Translations under genes and position numbers: made by a program
Source of the DNA: a virus
Direction: 5' to 3' (one strand)
DNA: 64,000 nucleotides
Virus record (IMG/VR): IMGVR_UViG_3300042352_001346
Coordinates: 1-64,000 of that record
Shown here: positions 17,714 through 28,058 of the stretch, piece by piece
How positions within the stretch are numbered: position 1 is the first letter of the stretch
Layout of the letters: each line of letters begins with the position of its first letter
The notes under the pieces: generated by a model
The model's input: only the letters and a program-made list of their open reading frames with translations
Database searches by the model: none
What the model was told of the DNA's origin: nothing

Positions 17714-19604
17714 AATAGAAAAAACGTTATCATTTAAAGCCGAAGATGGTGGAGTTTCTCAATTAATGAGTAAACTTACCAATCAGGCTGAGACTTATAG
17801 TAAACAAATTATTCAATCTGCTCAAAATCAATCTAAAAGTTCTAAGGAATTAATTTCTAATATTGAAAAACAACTTCAATTATTAGAAAGAAAACAAAAG
17901 CTTGAAAGAGATGCTTCTATAAAAAGAATACAAAATGAAGCTAATGAAGCTATAATAGCTTCTAGACAAGAATTTACTGATTTTAAAAATGGTAATATAC
18001 CTTTACCAAAAGGTAAAAGACCATATTTAGAAGGTCATGCAATGAATGACCCTGAATATAGGAATCATTTAATTTCTCAAGAAGAGAAAAAAATGACTAG
18101 TTCTGTTGCAGGTATTAGAGATGAAGCTAACGAAGAAATTAAATCTCTTAATGAACAAGCTGAATTACAAACAGATTTATTACGTAAATTATTAGAAGAA
18201 AGTAAAAAAGAATTTGCACATAAGTTAGAAGAAGCAAATGATTCTAATTCTGAAAAAAATTTTAATGCTGCTATTATTAATGGAAGTGGTATAAGAAATA
18301 CTCATAAACCAATTCCTAATGGTGATGATTCTAATAGTCAAGTAGGTGGTGGAACTGATAAAGGAAAAGGATGGAAAGATGTAATGAAAGGCGTTTTAGG
18401 TGCAGAAGCAATTAAAGAAATAGGAAGAAGTTTACAAAGAGGATTTGGAGCCTTTCAACAAACTCAATCAGGTACAGAATTTGTTGAAGCAGAAATGTTT
18501 ACAGCTATACCATTTGTAGGGCAAGGGTTAGCTGCAGGTAAAAAACGTTATTTAGAACAAAGACAAGCAAGAGAAGTATCATTAAATAAATTAAGAGCAA
18601 CTAGTGGATATAGTGGAGATAATATAAGAGATATTGGAATAGGTGTTGATGGTGTTGAAGGTACTAATTTTGCTAGTCAAATGGTATCAGCTAGAGGTTA
18701 TGATGGAAATACTTCTAATGCTACTAAAAATTATATGCGTTTTGGTAAAGCTTATAATATTAGTGACCAAAATTTATTAAGTAGAGCAAATTCAGATGCA
18801 TATACTAAAAATGTAGGTGCAAGTGGTATGATTGAACTTGTAAATCAATTAAAATCCAATAAATCAATGGGTGGAGATACAAGTAGATTAGAAAAACTAC
18901 TTGAATTACAAAATCAATTAATTGAAGAACAAGGTTCATATTCTAATACAGTTGATGATAGTCAAATAGCTAAAACAATTGCTGCATTTAGTAGATTAAG
19001 TGGTGGTTTTAGTGATAATAGAGCAAGTGGATTAATTAAACAAGTTTCTAGTGGTTTAAGAGCACCTTCTAATGATTATCAACAAGCACAAAATTATGCT
19101 GTTTTATCTCAATTAAATCCAAATGCAGATTTTTTTGAAATGCAAAAAATGCAAGAAGGTGGATTCCAAACACCTGGATTTATGAAAAAAACACTTGATT
19201 TATATAAACAACAATATAAAGGTCAAGATGGAATTGGTAAATATGCATTAATGAAGAGATTTGGATTAAATACTGGTGCTGCAGAAAGTATGTGGGATGG
19301 TAATTTTGATGATACATTTGCTACTAAACGTTCTGAAAATTTAGGTACTGTATCATATAGAGCACAAGGAAATACTTCAAAAATAGAGCAAGAAAGAGCC
19401 AATATAAATGAAGAATTTGCTAAAGGTATGTTACCAGGTTTAAAAGAAGCAGGTAAACAAATAGCTTCAGATATTGCAGAAGCTATTAGAGGATTAACTA
19501 AAGATAGTATGTTATTTGAAGGAATGGGTAAGAAAATGGCTAAAGGTATTGAAGAATATTTAGGTAGTGATGCTAGTGGGTTACATAATTCAACACGTAG
19601 ATAA
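17703..19604 (+). CDS. Tape measure protein
   Basis: 633 aa, helical and A/G/Q-rich, IPFVGQG motif, canonical position. Confidence 0.75.
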   Translation: MSNKIEKTLSFKAEDGGVSQLMSKLTNQAETYSKQIIQSAQNQSKSSKELISNIEKQLQLLERKQKLERDASIKRIQNEANEAIIASRQEFTDFKNGNIPLPKGKRPYLEGHAMNDPEYRNHLISQEEKKMTSSVAGIRDEANEEIKSLNEQAELQTDLLRKLLEESKKEFAHKLEEANDSNSEKNFNAAIINGSGIRNTHKPIPNGDDSNSQVGGGTDKGKGWKDVMKGVLGAEAIKEIGRSLQRGFGAFQQTQSGTEFVEAEMFTAIPFVGQGLAAGKKRYLEQRQAREVSLNKLRATSGYSGDNIRDIGIGVDGVEGTNFASQMVSARGYDGNTSNATKNYMRFGKAYNISDQNLLSRANSDAYTKNVGASGMIELVNQLKSNKSMGGDTSRLEKLLELQNQLIEEQGSYSNTVDDSQIAKTIAAFSRLSGGFSDNRASGLIKQVSSGLRAPSNDYQQAQNYAVLSQLNPNADFFEMQKMQEGGFQTPGFMKKTLDLYKQQYKGQDGIGKYALMKRFGLNTGAAESMWDGNFDDTFATKRSENLGTVSYRAQGNTSKIEQERANINEEFAKGMLPGLKEAGKQIASDIAEAIRGLTKDSMLFEGMGKKMAKGIEEYLGSDASGLHNSTRR

Positions 19605-22600
19605 TGCAAGATAATTATTTATATATACATAAAGATATTACTATAACTGATGCTAAAGAATTAGTAGAAGGTAATAATATTTTTTCATTAGTTAAAACAT
19701 GGAATTTAAGAGGTTTATTAGATTATGAAATATATAATAAAAAAAATATTACACGTATTTATGAAACTTTATTAGAATCATTACAAAATTCAGAATTTAG
19801 AAAAAATTCTCCTGCTCAAAATTTATTAACTACTAATTATTTAAAAGATTTAGAAAAACTTGAAGATAAACAATTTATTGGACCTTTTAATACAACTTCC
19901 TTAGTAAAAGGTACAAAATTATATTTTCCTAGAATATTTTGGAATCATGAAGTGATGATTAGTGAATCTAATTTTGTAGAAACTAAAGATTATGAAGATT
20001 TTCTAACAGTAGAATTAAAAAAATTATTAAATGATGCCAAATATTTTCCAGTATCTAAAATGGATATTGGTAATAATTTTGGTAAAATACAAGAATTATC
20101 TCCTAAAATAACAGTTTGGGCTTGGGTTAGAAGTCTAAATAAAGTACCTCATACAGATATTGAATCTAATAATGAATTACCTGGTCAAATAATTAATTTA
20201 ACTCCTTATATAAGAAAAATACAAACTTTTAGTGGGGCTGGAGGAGGAAATTTTACTATTAATTTAGCACCGATAAGTGGTTATTGGGATAATGATAATG
20301 GTTGGCAAATAGATAAAGATTCAATTTTAAGATATAATCAAAATAATGAATTAAATATATTTGCACATAGTAATATTGAACAAAAAGTATTTGATAAAAA
20401 TGAACAATCTATTACTAATAAAGAAAATTTATTTTATTTTGAGCAAATAATGCAAGAAAATGATTTTATTTGGATTAGATATGAATCATTAAATAATGAA
20501 TTACCTTATAGATTAAGAGATTCTTCCAAAGAAGAAATATTTTCTGATGATATACCAGGTAAGATTTATGATATAATGGGATTAGTAGATAATTGTAATA
20601 ATATTAAAAATTATGAAGGTGTAAGTGTTGATATTAATATTAGTGGTAGAGATTTAATTAAAATAGTAATAGAAGATGGTTGTTATTTTTATCCAACTCA
20701 ATTTATAAATGAAGGAATTTTTGCTAATGATACAAAAAGTAATTATTTACAAAGGGTAGAAGGTCAATTAGCATCTTTAACACAAGCATCTCAAAAAACA
20801 ATTGAAAATACATTAAAATTTATTTTTAATGCTTTATCTAATTCTGAAATTGTACCTGATTATTTATTTAGTCAATATCCAGATGCAGATAAAACTAAAA
20901 GATTTGAATTTAATGAAAATTTTTACAAAGTTCATAAAACAAATTATTTAGAAGATAATAGAGATGAAAAAAATATTAAAATAATTTTACAAAAGAAATA
21001 TAATTTACCTAATAGTGATGTAGATTATATTTATAAAATAATTTATAATTTTGTAAATACAGCTTATAAAAAGAAAAAAATAACAACAGCAGGTATTTTT
21101 ACTAAAGATTATGAAAATATAGAAGATAATCCATATCAAAATATAACAGGTTGGAAGAATTTTGATTATTTTGAAGGTTTAATTGCTATTTTTGTAAGAA
21201 ATGGAGAAACTCCTGAGTATTTTATAAATCAAGGAATATCTTTTTATGAAGACCCCACTATAGATATATCTAGTTCTGAGGAAGAAGATTATGGTTTAGA
21301 AGGAGGTGTTCAAAATTATATAAATTTAATTTATAGATTAATTAGAAAAAAAGAAGAAAAAATACCTAAAAATGAAAGTAATTTAATTAATCAAAAAGAT
21401 TTTGTTGATGCTAAAGGAATATGGAAAATAATTAAATTATCAATTGATGATGATGTTAGAAATAGAATGTTGGTAGATAATACAATTGGTAATGAAATGG
21501 GAAGTATTTTAAATTATATACAAAAAGTATGTCAAGAACCTTTTGTGCAATTTGATTGTGATACTTATGGTGATAAATTTGTATTTTATGTAAGAAAACC
21601 ACCATTTGATAAGAAAAAAATACAAGAATATGTTAAAACATACATTGATAATATTGATGCTTTAAGAATATCATCTGAGGATGTTTCAGGTACTCAATTA
21701 GTTAATACTACAGGTATGGCATATTCTTGGTATAGAATTATACCTCAAGGAGCATTGAGTGGTATGGGAGGAAATGATATTACTTTTGCTTATATAAAAG
21801 CATTACACTTTCCTGAATATGCAAAAATATGGGGTGAAAAACCATTAGAAATTTATTCAAATTATATTTCTAATTATTTTCCAGCAGGTGGTAAAGAAAA
21901 TTTATACATGAGTAATGTATTAAGGTCTGTAATTGAAGATTTAAAATATTTAGTAGAAAGTAATGCTTATTTACCTTTTACTAGAAATGGAACAATTACA
22001 CTTAAAGGAGATAGACGTATAAAAAAAGGAATTTGGATATTATATAAACCAACTAATGAAATATTTTATGTTGATAGTGTAACAAATATTGCTGAATTTA
22101 ATGATGGTCAAATTGTTAGAAAAACTATATTAAATGTATCTAGAGGAATGGTTTATGATTTTGTAAAAGGTAAAGAAATTGATGGAAAACTATATAGTTA
22201 TTTTAATATTATAGATACTGATTATAAATTTGAATACAAAGAAATTGAAAATACTACTATTCAAAAAGAAGAAGTACCTATTATTGATAATAATAAAGTA
22301 TCAATAACTCCTATTAAAACATCTAATTCTGTTTTGATAGGTAAATGTATTACCAAACAAGTTATGAGGTATCATGACTCCCATGGTTTTGGATTTTTTG
22401 GTGCAGTTAGAAATAGAGAAAAAAATGGAATTAAATATAAAGGTACTCATCAAGGTGTAGATATTATTTCAATTCCAAATGAAAATGTATTTGCTCCTAT
22501 AGATGGTGTTATAAGAGTAGCTTTGCCTGGACATCATAATTTACCAGGAATTTCTATATTAGGAAAGAATCAATATGATGGTTATGAAATAAAAATATTT

Positions 22601-23473
22601 TATTGTAGTTCAATTATTCCAGAAGGAACTAGTGTTAAAAAAGGAGATATTATTGCTCGTGCTAGTAATATGGCTGTTTTATATAGTCAAGGTATGACTA
22701 ATCATTTACATTTTGAAAAACATTTTAGAGGTAAATTAGAAAATCCTACTAATGATTTATTTAGAGATTTTTCTAATGATGATAAAATAATTAATAATAA
22801 AATATATTGTCGTAATTTATCTATTTCTAATGAAGGAAGAAATTATATAAAAGAACAAGAATTATTTCATGAATTTATATATCAAAAAGAAAATGATTAT
22901 TATATAGGATATGGTCATTTACTTAATAGTCAAGAAAGTATTGATACTTATAATAAATTAAAAAGTTTTAATAAACCAATTACTGAAATAGAAGCCGAAG
23001 GTTTATTTGAAAATGATTTAAAAATTAAAGGTGAAGATAAAGTAAAAAGTATATTTGGTAATATATTAATGATGCAAAATCAATATGATGCTCTTGTAGA
23101 TTTTGGTTATACATCAGATAATTTTGATAATTATCCTTTATTTATTATTAAAATAAAAGATTATTTAAATAGTCCTACTTTAGTTAAAGAAAAAGATATA
23201 AGAAATTTTTGGAAAGACCAATCAGTACAAGATTCAAAATTATTTATTAGTACTGATTTAATATCTAGAAGGGTAAAAGAAATAGAATTGTTTTTTGAAG
23301 GAATTACAGAGTATTATAATAATGAAGAAAAACAAAAAACTTTTATCAAAACTACTACTAAAAAAACTAAAGAAATACAAACAAATGCAGGTAATATTTT
23401 ATCTTCTTTTAAAGTAAATAAAAATGTATTTAATTTCTTTTTAAGAAAACAAGATAAATCATTTAGATATTAA
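19604..23473 (+). CDS. Baseplate hub / tail lysin with M23 peptidase and GH24-like lysozyme domains
   Basis: ISGRDL and GTITLKGDRRIK hub motifs; HQGVD...HLH (M23); IKEQE...IGYGH...QNQYDALVDF...RRVKE (lysozyme-like). Confidence 0.78.
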   Translation: MQDNYLYIHKDITITDAKELVEGNNIFSLVKTWNLRGLLDYEIYNKKNITRIYETLLESLQNSEFRKNSPAQNLLTTNYLKDLEKLEDKQFIGPFNTTSLVKGTKLYFPRIFWNHEVMISESNFVETKDYEDFLTVELKKLLNDAKYFPVSKMDIGNNFGKIQELSPKITVWAWVRSLNKVPHTDIESNNELPGQIINLTPYIRKIQTFSGAGGGNFTINLAPISGYWDNDNGWQIDKDSILRYNQNNELNIFAHSNIEQKVFDKNEQSITNKENLFYFEQIMQENDFIWIRYESLNNELPYRLRDSSKEEIFSDDIPGKIYDIMGLVDNCNNIKNYEGVSVDINISGRDLIKIVIEDGCYFYPTQFINEGIFANDTKSNYLQRVEGQLASLTQASQKTIENTLKFIFNALSNSEIVPDYLFSQYPDADKTKRFEFNENFYKVHKTNYLEDNRDEKNIKIILQKKYNLPNSDVDYIYKIIYNFVNTAYKKKKITTAGIFTKDYENIEDNPYQNITGWKNFDYFEGLIAIFVRNGETPEYFINQGISFYEDPTIDISSSEEEDYGLEGGVQNYINLIYRLIRKKEEKIPKNESNLINQKDFVDAKGIWKIIKLSIDDDVRNRMLVDNTIGNEMGSILNYIQKVCQEPFVQFDCDTYGDKFVFYVRKPPFDKKKIQEYVKTYIDNIDALRISSEDVSGTQLVNTTGMAYSWYRIIPQGALSGMGGNDITFAYIKALHFPEYAKIWGEKPLEIYSNYISNYFPAGGKENLYMSNVLRSVIEDLKYLVESNAYLPFTRNGTITLKGDRRIKKGIWILYKPTNEIFYVDSVTNIAEFNDGQIVRKTILNVSRGMVYDFVKGKEIDGKLYSYFNIIDTDYKFEYKEIENTTIQKEEVPIIDNNKVSITPIKTSNSVLIGKCITKQVMRYHDSHGFGFFGAVRNREKNGIKYKGTHQGVDIISIPNENVFAPIDGVIRVALPGHHNLPGISILGKNQYDGYEIKIFYCSSIIPEGTSVKKGDIIARASNMAVLYSQGMTNHLHFEKHFRGKLENPTNDLFRDFSNDDKIINNKIYCRNLSISNEGRNYIKEQELFHEFIYQKENDYYIGYGHLLNSQESIDTYNKLKSFNKPITEIEAEGLFENDLKIKGEDKVKSIFGNILMMQNQYDALVDFGYTSDNFDNYPLFIIKIKDYLNSPTLVKEKDIRNFWKDQSVQDSKLFISTDLISRRVKEIELFFEGITEYYNNEEKQKTFIKTTTKKTKEIQTNAGNILSSFKVNKNVFNFFLRKQDKSFRY

Positions 23474-23478
23474 ATTAA

Positions 23479-24402
23479 ATGAATAATAAAAATAATTTTT
23501 TTAAAGAACAAAGTGAGAGAGTTAGTAAATTCCCAATACCAGGTAAAAGAAATTCATCTGGAGGGGGGTATATTATTATACCGGAAGATATAGATAGAGA
23601 AAAATTTATAAATAGTTGTAAATTAAATAATAGTGTTAGTATTGTTACAGAAAATTCTGAAAGAATTGATAATGTTAATGTATCTATAAATTTATGGAAT
23701 TATTTAACTTTTCCTTTAAGTTCAAAAGAAGTTGGTAGTCATATTATTTGGGTTAATATAGAAGTACAAAATTGTCCAATTATTATTGGTATTATTACAG
23801 ATAAAAATGAATTGATAAGAGGTGAAGAAAATGAAATTAGATTAGAAAGAGATACACAAGATGCACATATTATACTTTCAGGTAATTCTAAAGATGGTAG
23901 TTTTTTATTAGAAGTAGAAAGTAAAGATGATAATCATGATGCTGAAATAGTATTTAAAATAAATAGCAAAAATAAAAAATCTAAATTTAAAATTATATCA
24001 GATAATAGTATAATTTTAAATTCTAAAAATATACAAATTATTAATGAGGAAGAATTAAGATTTACATTTCAAAATCCTAATTCAGAATTATATACTACTT
24101 TATATTATAAAGTAGGTAGTGGTTTACATTATAAAGATGAATTTGGTAATGAATTTATTATTGATAAAAACGGTATAAAAGTATTAACTAATAAATATCA
24201 AATTAATGAAAAAAATGTACAACCTATAGCTTTAGGAAATTCTACTCAAGAATTATTAAAACAATTAATTAATTTAATAGGAAATACTACTGTTACTACT
24301 GAATTTGGAGCAATGCCTTTAAATAATAAAGATAAAATATTAAAGTTATTATCTTCAAAAGAATTTAAAAGTATATTAAGTTCATCAACTCATTCAAATT
24401 AA
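23479..24402 (+). CDS. Baseplate spike-like protein
   Basis: OB-like N-terminus (PIIIG), beta repeats, PIALGN near the C-terminus. Confidence 0.55.
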   Translation: MNNKNNFFKEQSERVSKFPIPGKRNSSGGGYIIIPEDIDREKFINSCKLNNSVSIVTENSERIDNVNVSINLWNYLTFPLSSKEVGSHIIWVNIEVQNCPIIIGIITDKNELIRGEENEIRLERDTQDAHIILSGNSKDGSFLLEVESKDDNHDAEIVFKINSKNKKSKFKIISDNSIILNSKNIQIINEEELRFTFQNPNSELYTTLYYKVGSGLHYKDEFGNEFIIDKNGIKVLTNKYQINEKNVQPIALGNSTQELLKQLINLIGNTTVTTEFGAMPLNNKDKILKLLSSKEFKSILSSSTHSN

Positions 24403-24413
24403 ATATAAAATTT

Positions 24414-24653
24414 ATGTTAGTAGAAGGAGAATTAAATGATAATTTATATAATTTTTTAATATCTATTAAAGATAAAGAAGAAGCTGAACAAGTTAATGCA
24501 ATAAGGAATTATACAAAAAATTTTGAAAAAATAATTTATCAATGTTTAAAAAATATAACTATAAAAATACCTGTAGGAGCAATTCAAGTTCAAGGTACAC
24601 CTAGTAATCAATCAAATATAAGTGAATTGATATTAGAAAATGTAGTTAATTAG
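24414..24653 (+). CDS. Small baseplate-associated protein
   Basis: 79 aa, follows the spike candidate. Confidence 0.5.
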   Translation: MLVEGELNDNLYNFLISIKDKEEAEQVNAIRNYTKNFEKIIYQCLKNITIKIPVGAIQVQGTPSNQSNISELILENVVN

Positions 24654-24681
24654 TAAAATTTTAAAATTTTTCGTACATTTG
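24650..24681 (+). promoter_or_regulatory. Bacteroidota-type promoter
   Basis: TTAG-N20-TACATTTG, just before ATG 24691. Confidence 0.6.
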
Positions 24682-24690
24682 TAAAGTATT

Positions 24691-25461
24691 ATGGCTGACT
24701 CTACAACATCACAAATTATAAATAATGCTGTTACCTTAACAAATAATTTAGGTAAAGCAGTTTTGCATAATTTATATCCAGTTGATTTTGAATTTTATAT
24801 GATTGCTTTTGAATTAGTAGATGCAGATAATAAAACTGTTGACTATTTAATTTTTCCAGTTAATCCTAAAAATGTAAGAGAAGAACACACTAATTTAGAA
24901 AATATAGAAAGAACTGCTGGAGGAATGGTTTCACTAAATTCTTCTTTATTTCAACCTGTAAATATTAATATTAATGGTGATTTTGGTAGAAGATTTAAAT
25001 TTTTAGTAGGTAGAGAAAATTTAAATATGATTGCAATGTCTTATAATGGTGAAAGAATAAATGAATTTTCAAAACAAATAAAAACTGGTTATGGTGTTAT
25101 AAAAATATTAGAAAATATGGTTTCAATGTCAAAAACAATTGATGTTAAAAGCAGACCTTATAAAATGTATTTTTATAATCATATTACAGGTAATTCATAT
25201 TTGGTTAAAAAAATTGTATTTAGTTGTGAACAATCATTTCCTAGTTCAAATATGATTCATAACTATTCTATATCTATGGTTGGAGTTGCACCAGTTAATT
25301 CATTTACTAAAAAAGATAGTGCTAAAGCATTATCTAATATGACTATTCAATCAGTTTTAATGAATGGAGTAAATAAATTATCTAGAACTATTTCTAATAA
25401 TATTAATTCCTATGAACAAGGAAGAAAAATAAATAATCTACCTAGTTATGGTGGCAGTTAA
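24691..25461 (+). CDS. Baseplate / tube-initiator protein
   Basis: FPVNP...RTAGG...ININGDFG pattern. Confidence 0.6.
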   Translation: MADSTTSQIINNAVTLTNNLGKAVLHNLYPVDFEFYMIAFELVDADNKTVDYLIFPVNPKNVREEHTNLENIERTAGGMVSLNSSLFQPVNININGDFGRRFKFLVGRENLNMIAMSYNGERINEFSKQIKTGYGVIKILENMVSMSKTIDVKSRPYKMYFYNHITGNSYLVKKIVFSCEQSFPSSNMIHNYSISMVGVAPVNSFTKKDSAKALSNMTIQSVLMNGVNKLSRTISNNINSYEQGRKINNLPSYGGS

Positions 25462-26386
25462 TAAAAATGATACATATTTATATTTTAAAAAAATAACTAA
25501 ATTTGATATACAAAAGTTATTTGGAGATTTTTTATATTTTATAAATAATCACTCACCTAATATAGTAGGGTATTACAGTTTATCTTCGGATTTTAATGCA
25601 AATAGTTTTAATGCAATGTTTACTCTTATAAAAGATACAAAACATTGTTTAGAATGTTTTCATATTAGTAAAAAGTATTTTGGTACTTATGAATATTGGG
25701 AGTTATTAGATAATGTTGAAAGTATTTTTTCTAAAATTTCAATAATTTCAAATATTGGATTTTTTCTTAGGTCTCCTTTAGGTAGTAATAATTATAGTGG
25801 TGGTAATATTGAAAAAGAATTTTTAATAAAATCTACATTAGAAAAATTTACATTAGAAGAATTACGCAATTCTAATAATGAAAATGATTGGTTTAAAGTT
25901 GCTTTATATAATAATTTAAATGAAGAAGATTATAAAGCAAATGAAAAATTTATACTTAAATATGTAGTACCTTCTGATTTAAATAAAACTTTTTTAAATG
26001 TAGTATTAGGATTAAATAGTGGAGAGTATTTAAAAGGTATAGATATAAGTAAAATTATTAAATTTAATTCTGATATTAATGATATTATAATTTTAACTCC
26101 GGAAGAAACTCTTCAACAATCAACCGATATTAAATTAAATTTAAAAAGAGGACAAATACCTGAATTTCCAAATGATGGTGTACAAAAAGAATTATTTGTA
26201 GGTACAAATGTAGCTAGTTTAAATTTTCCAATATTATTTAGGCAAATAACCAATTTATTTATTAAAGATGATACCTTTTCAAGTATTAGTATTATTAATG
26301 CTAAATATGAAAAAGATGCTTTATATATTGAATTTGGTATAACTACTACTTATGGTGATAGTATAAAAAGAAAAGTAAAAGTTTAA
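25448..26386 (+). CDS. Baseplate wedge protein (gp25-like C-terminus)
   Basis: W..VALYNNL; RGQIPEFPNDG; precedes the J-like gene. Confidence 0.6.
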   Translation: MVAVNKNDTYLYFKKITKFDIQKLFGDFLYFINNHSPNIVGYYSLSSDFNANSFNAMFTLIKDTKHCLECFHISKKYFGTYEYWELLDNVESIFSKISIISNIGFFLRSPLGSNNYSGGNIEKEFLIKSTLEKFTLEELRNSNNENDWFKVALYNNLNEEDYKANEKFILKYVVPSDLNKTFLNVVLGLNSGEYLKGIDISKIIKFNSDINDIIILTPEETLQQSTDIKLNLKRGQIPEFPNDGVQKELFVGTNVASLNFPILFRQITNLFIKDDTFSSISIINAKYEKDALYIEFGITTTYGDSIKRKVKV

Positions 26387-26388
26387 TT

Positions 26389-27591
26389 ATGTTTACTGAA
26401 ATAACTACAACAGAAGAATTAAAACAATTAATTTCAGAAGGATTTTTTTTAAAAACAGATAAAATAACAAAAATATCTGATGATAGTGTATTAAATGGTT
26501 TATTATATAGTAATGCGAAAATAGGACAAAAAGCTTTAAAAGAAATTGCATTAGTAGAAACTTATATTTATCCTGATTTAGCTAAAGGTGAAAAGTTAGA
26601 TAAAATAGCTTCTGATGTAGGTATTTCTAAAAGATTTAATGCTTCAAAAAGTTCAACTTATATTAGATTAGTAGGTAATCCTGGTACTTTTTATGATTCA
26701 AATATTATAACTTTTAGTAGTACTGATGGTATTAATTTTGAATTAGAAAGTTCAATTTCTATACCTGATGCAGGTTTTATTTATGCTAAGGTTCGTTCTA
26801 AAGAAACAGGTGAAAAAACAAATTCTGCTCCTTTATCAATTACTAAAATATCTCCTATACCTAATGGTCATTTATATTGTATAAATGAATATCAAGCAAG
26901 TAATGGTAGAGATATTGAAAGTGATTTTTCTTTATTACAAAGAATTAAAACTGGTCCTAATAAATTAGCTAAAAATACTTTAGAATATATTAAACAAGTA
27001 TTATTGAATGTAGATACTGATATTTTAAGAGTTATTTATCAAGGGAGAAATGCTCAAGGTAAAAATGTTTTAAAATTATTATCTCAAAATGGTGTAGCTT
27101 ATAATAATTCTCAATTAAGAAATTTTGAACAATATGTTAGTGATTATTTAGGTATATCTGATTTAAAAAGATATGATAATTCTGTTATTGGTATTACTTT
27201 TGAAAATGCTGCTATTTATCCAATTGATATTTCTGCAAGAGTTGAATTATATAATGGTGTAGATGCAGATGAAGTTAGAATTGAAGCACAAATAAGGAGT
27301 AGTAAAATACTTGATTTAAGAACATGGTCAAATGATAAAATAATTGATTGGGAAGATTTTTTAATAGCTATAAAAACAATTGAAAAAGTAAAATCTGTAA
27401 AAGACCAATACTTTACTCCTAAGACAGATATTAAAATACCAAAAAATACATTTCCAAGAATAAGAGGATTTTTATTATTAGATATGGATGGAAATATATT
27501 ATCTGATTCTAATAATGCTTTAAATTCAATTTATTATCCTACAGAATTAGATTTTAATTTTCAATATACTATAATGGGTAGAAATACTTAA
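26389..27591 (+). CDS. Baseplate J-like wedge protein
   Basis: AKGEKLDKIA...R...S; ETGEKTN; GRDIESD..L.QRI. Confidence 0.85.
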   Translation: MFTEITTTEELKQLISEGFFLKTDKITKISDDSVLNGLLYSNAKIGQKALKEIALVETYIYPDLAKGEKLDKIASDVGISKRFNASKSSTYIRLVGNPGTFYDSNIITFSSTDGINFELESSISIPDAGFIYAKVRSKETGEKTNSAPLSITKISPIPNGHLYCINEYQASNGRDIESDFSLLQRIKTGPNKLAKNTLEYIKQVLLNVDTDILRVIYQGRNAQGKNVLKLLSQNGVAYNNSQLRNFEQYVSDYLGISDLKRYDNSVIGITFENAAIYPIDISARVELYNGVDADEVRIEAQIRSSKILDLRTWSNDKIIDWEDFLIAIKTIEKVKSVKDQYFTPKTDIKIPKNTFPRIRGFLLLDMDGNILSDSNNALNSIYYPTELDFNFQYTIMGRNT

Positions 27592-27622
27592 TTTGGAAAG
27601 TTTAAAATTTTTTATATCTTTG
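27592..27622 (+). promoter_or_regulatory. Bacteroidota-type promoter for the lysis cassette
   Basis: TTTG-N19-TATCTTTG. Confidence 0.75.
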
Positions 27623-27644
27623 TATCTATAAATAATTATAATTT

Positions 27645-28052
27645 ATGAATAAAAAATTAATAAATAACTGGAAAAAAATAAAATATTTTTTAGAAAAATA
27701 TGATGGTATTTGGAGTATTCCATTATCAATATCTATTTTTTATTTTTCTGGTTATATTTTATCAGAAGTATTTGGTACTCAAACAGGAACTTATGACCCT
27801 GGTTTTATACAACCTTTATTTTTATCTGCTACAATTGTAATTGGTGCAGTTAATGTAGGTGTTATTGGTCTTTATTTTACTATAAGAGGTTTTCACAATT
27901 TTATTTATGGTAAAAAAGATAAAAATTCAGTTACTAATCAAGCTAAAGTTGATTGGGTTAAATTAACACCTTGGGAAAGATTTAAAATAACTTTATTTTC
28001 ATTGGCTTTTTTAATTGCATTAGTTATTATTGTTTATTTAAAACTTATTTAA
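27645..28052 (+). CDS. Putative holin (3 TM)
   Basis: Three hydrophobic segments; directly upstream of the CHAP lysin. Confidence 0.6.
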   Translation: MNKKLINNWKKIKYFLEKYDGIWSIPLSISIFYFSGYILSEVFGTQTGTYDPGFIQPLFLSATIVIGAVNVGVIGLYFTIRGFHNFIYGKKDKNSVTNQAKVDWVKLTPWERFKITLFSLAFLIALVIIVYLKLI

Positions 28053-28058
28053 TAAAAG

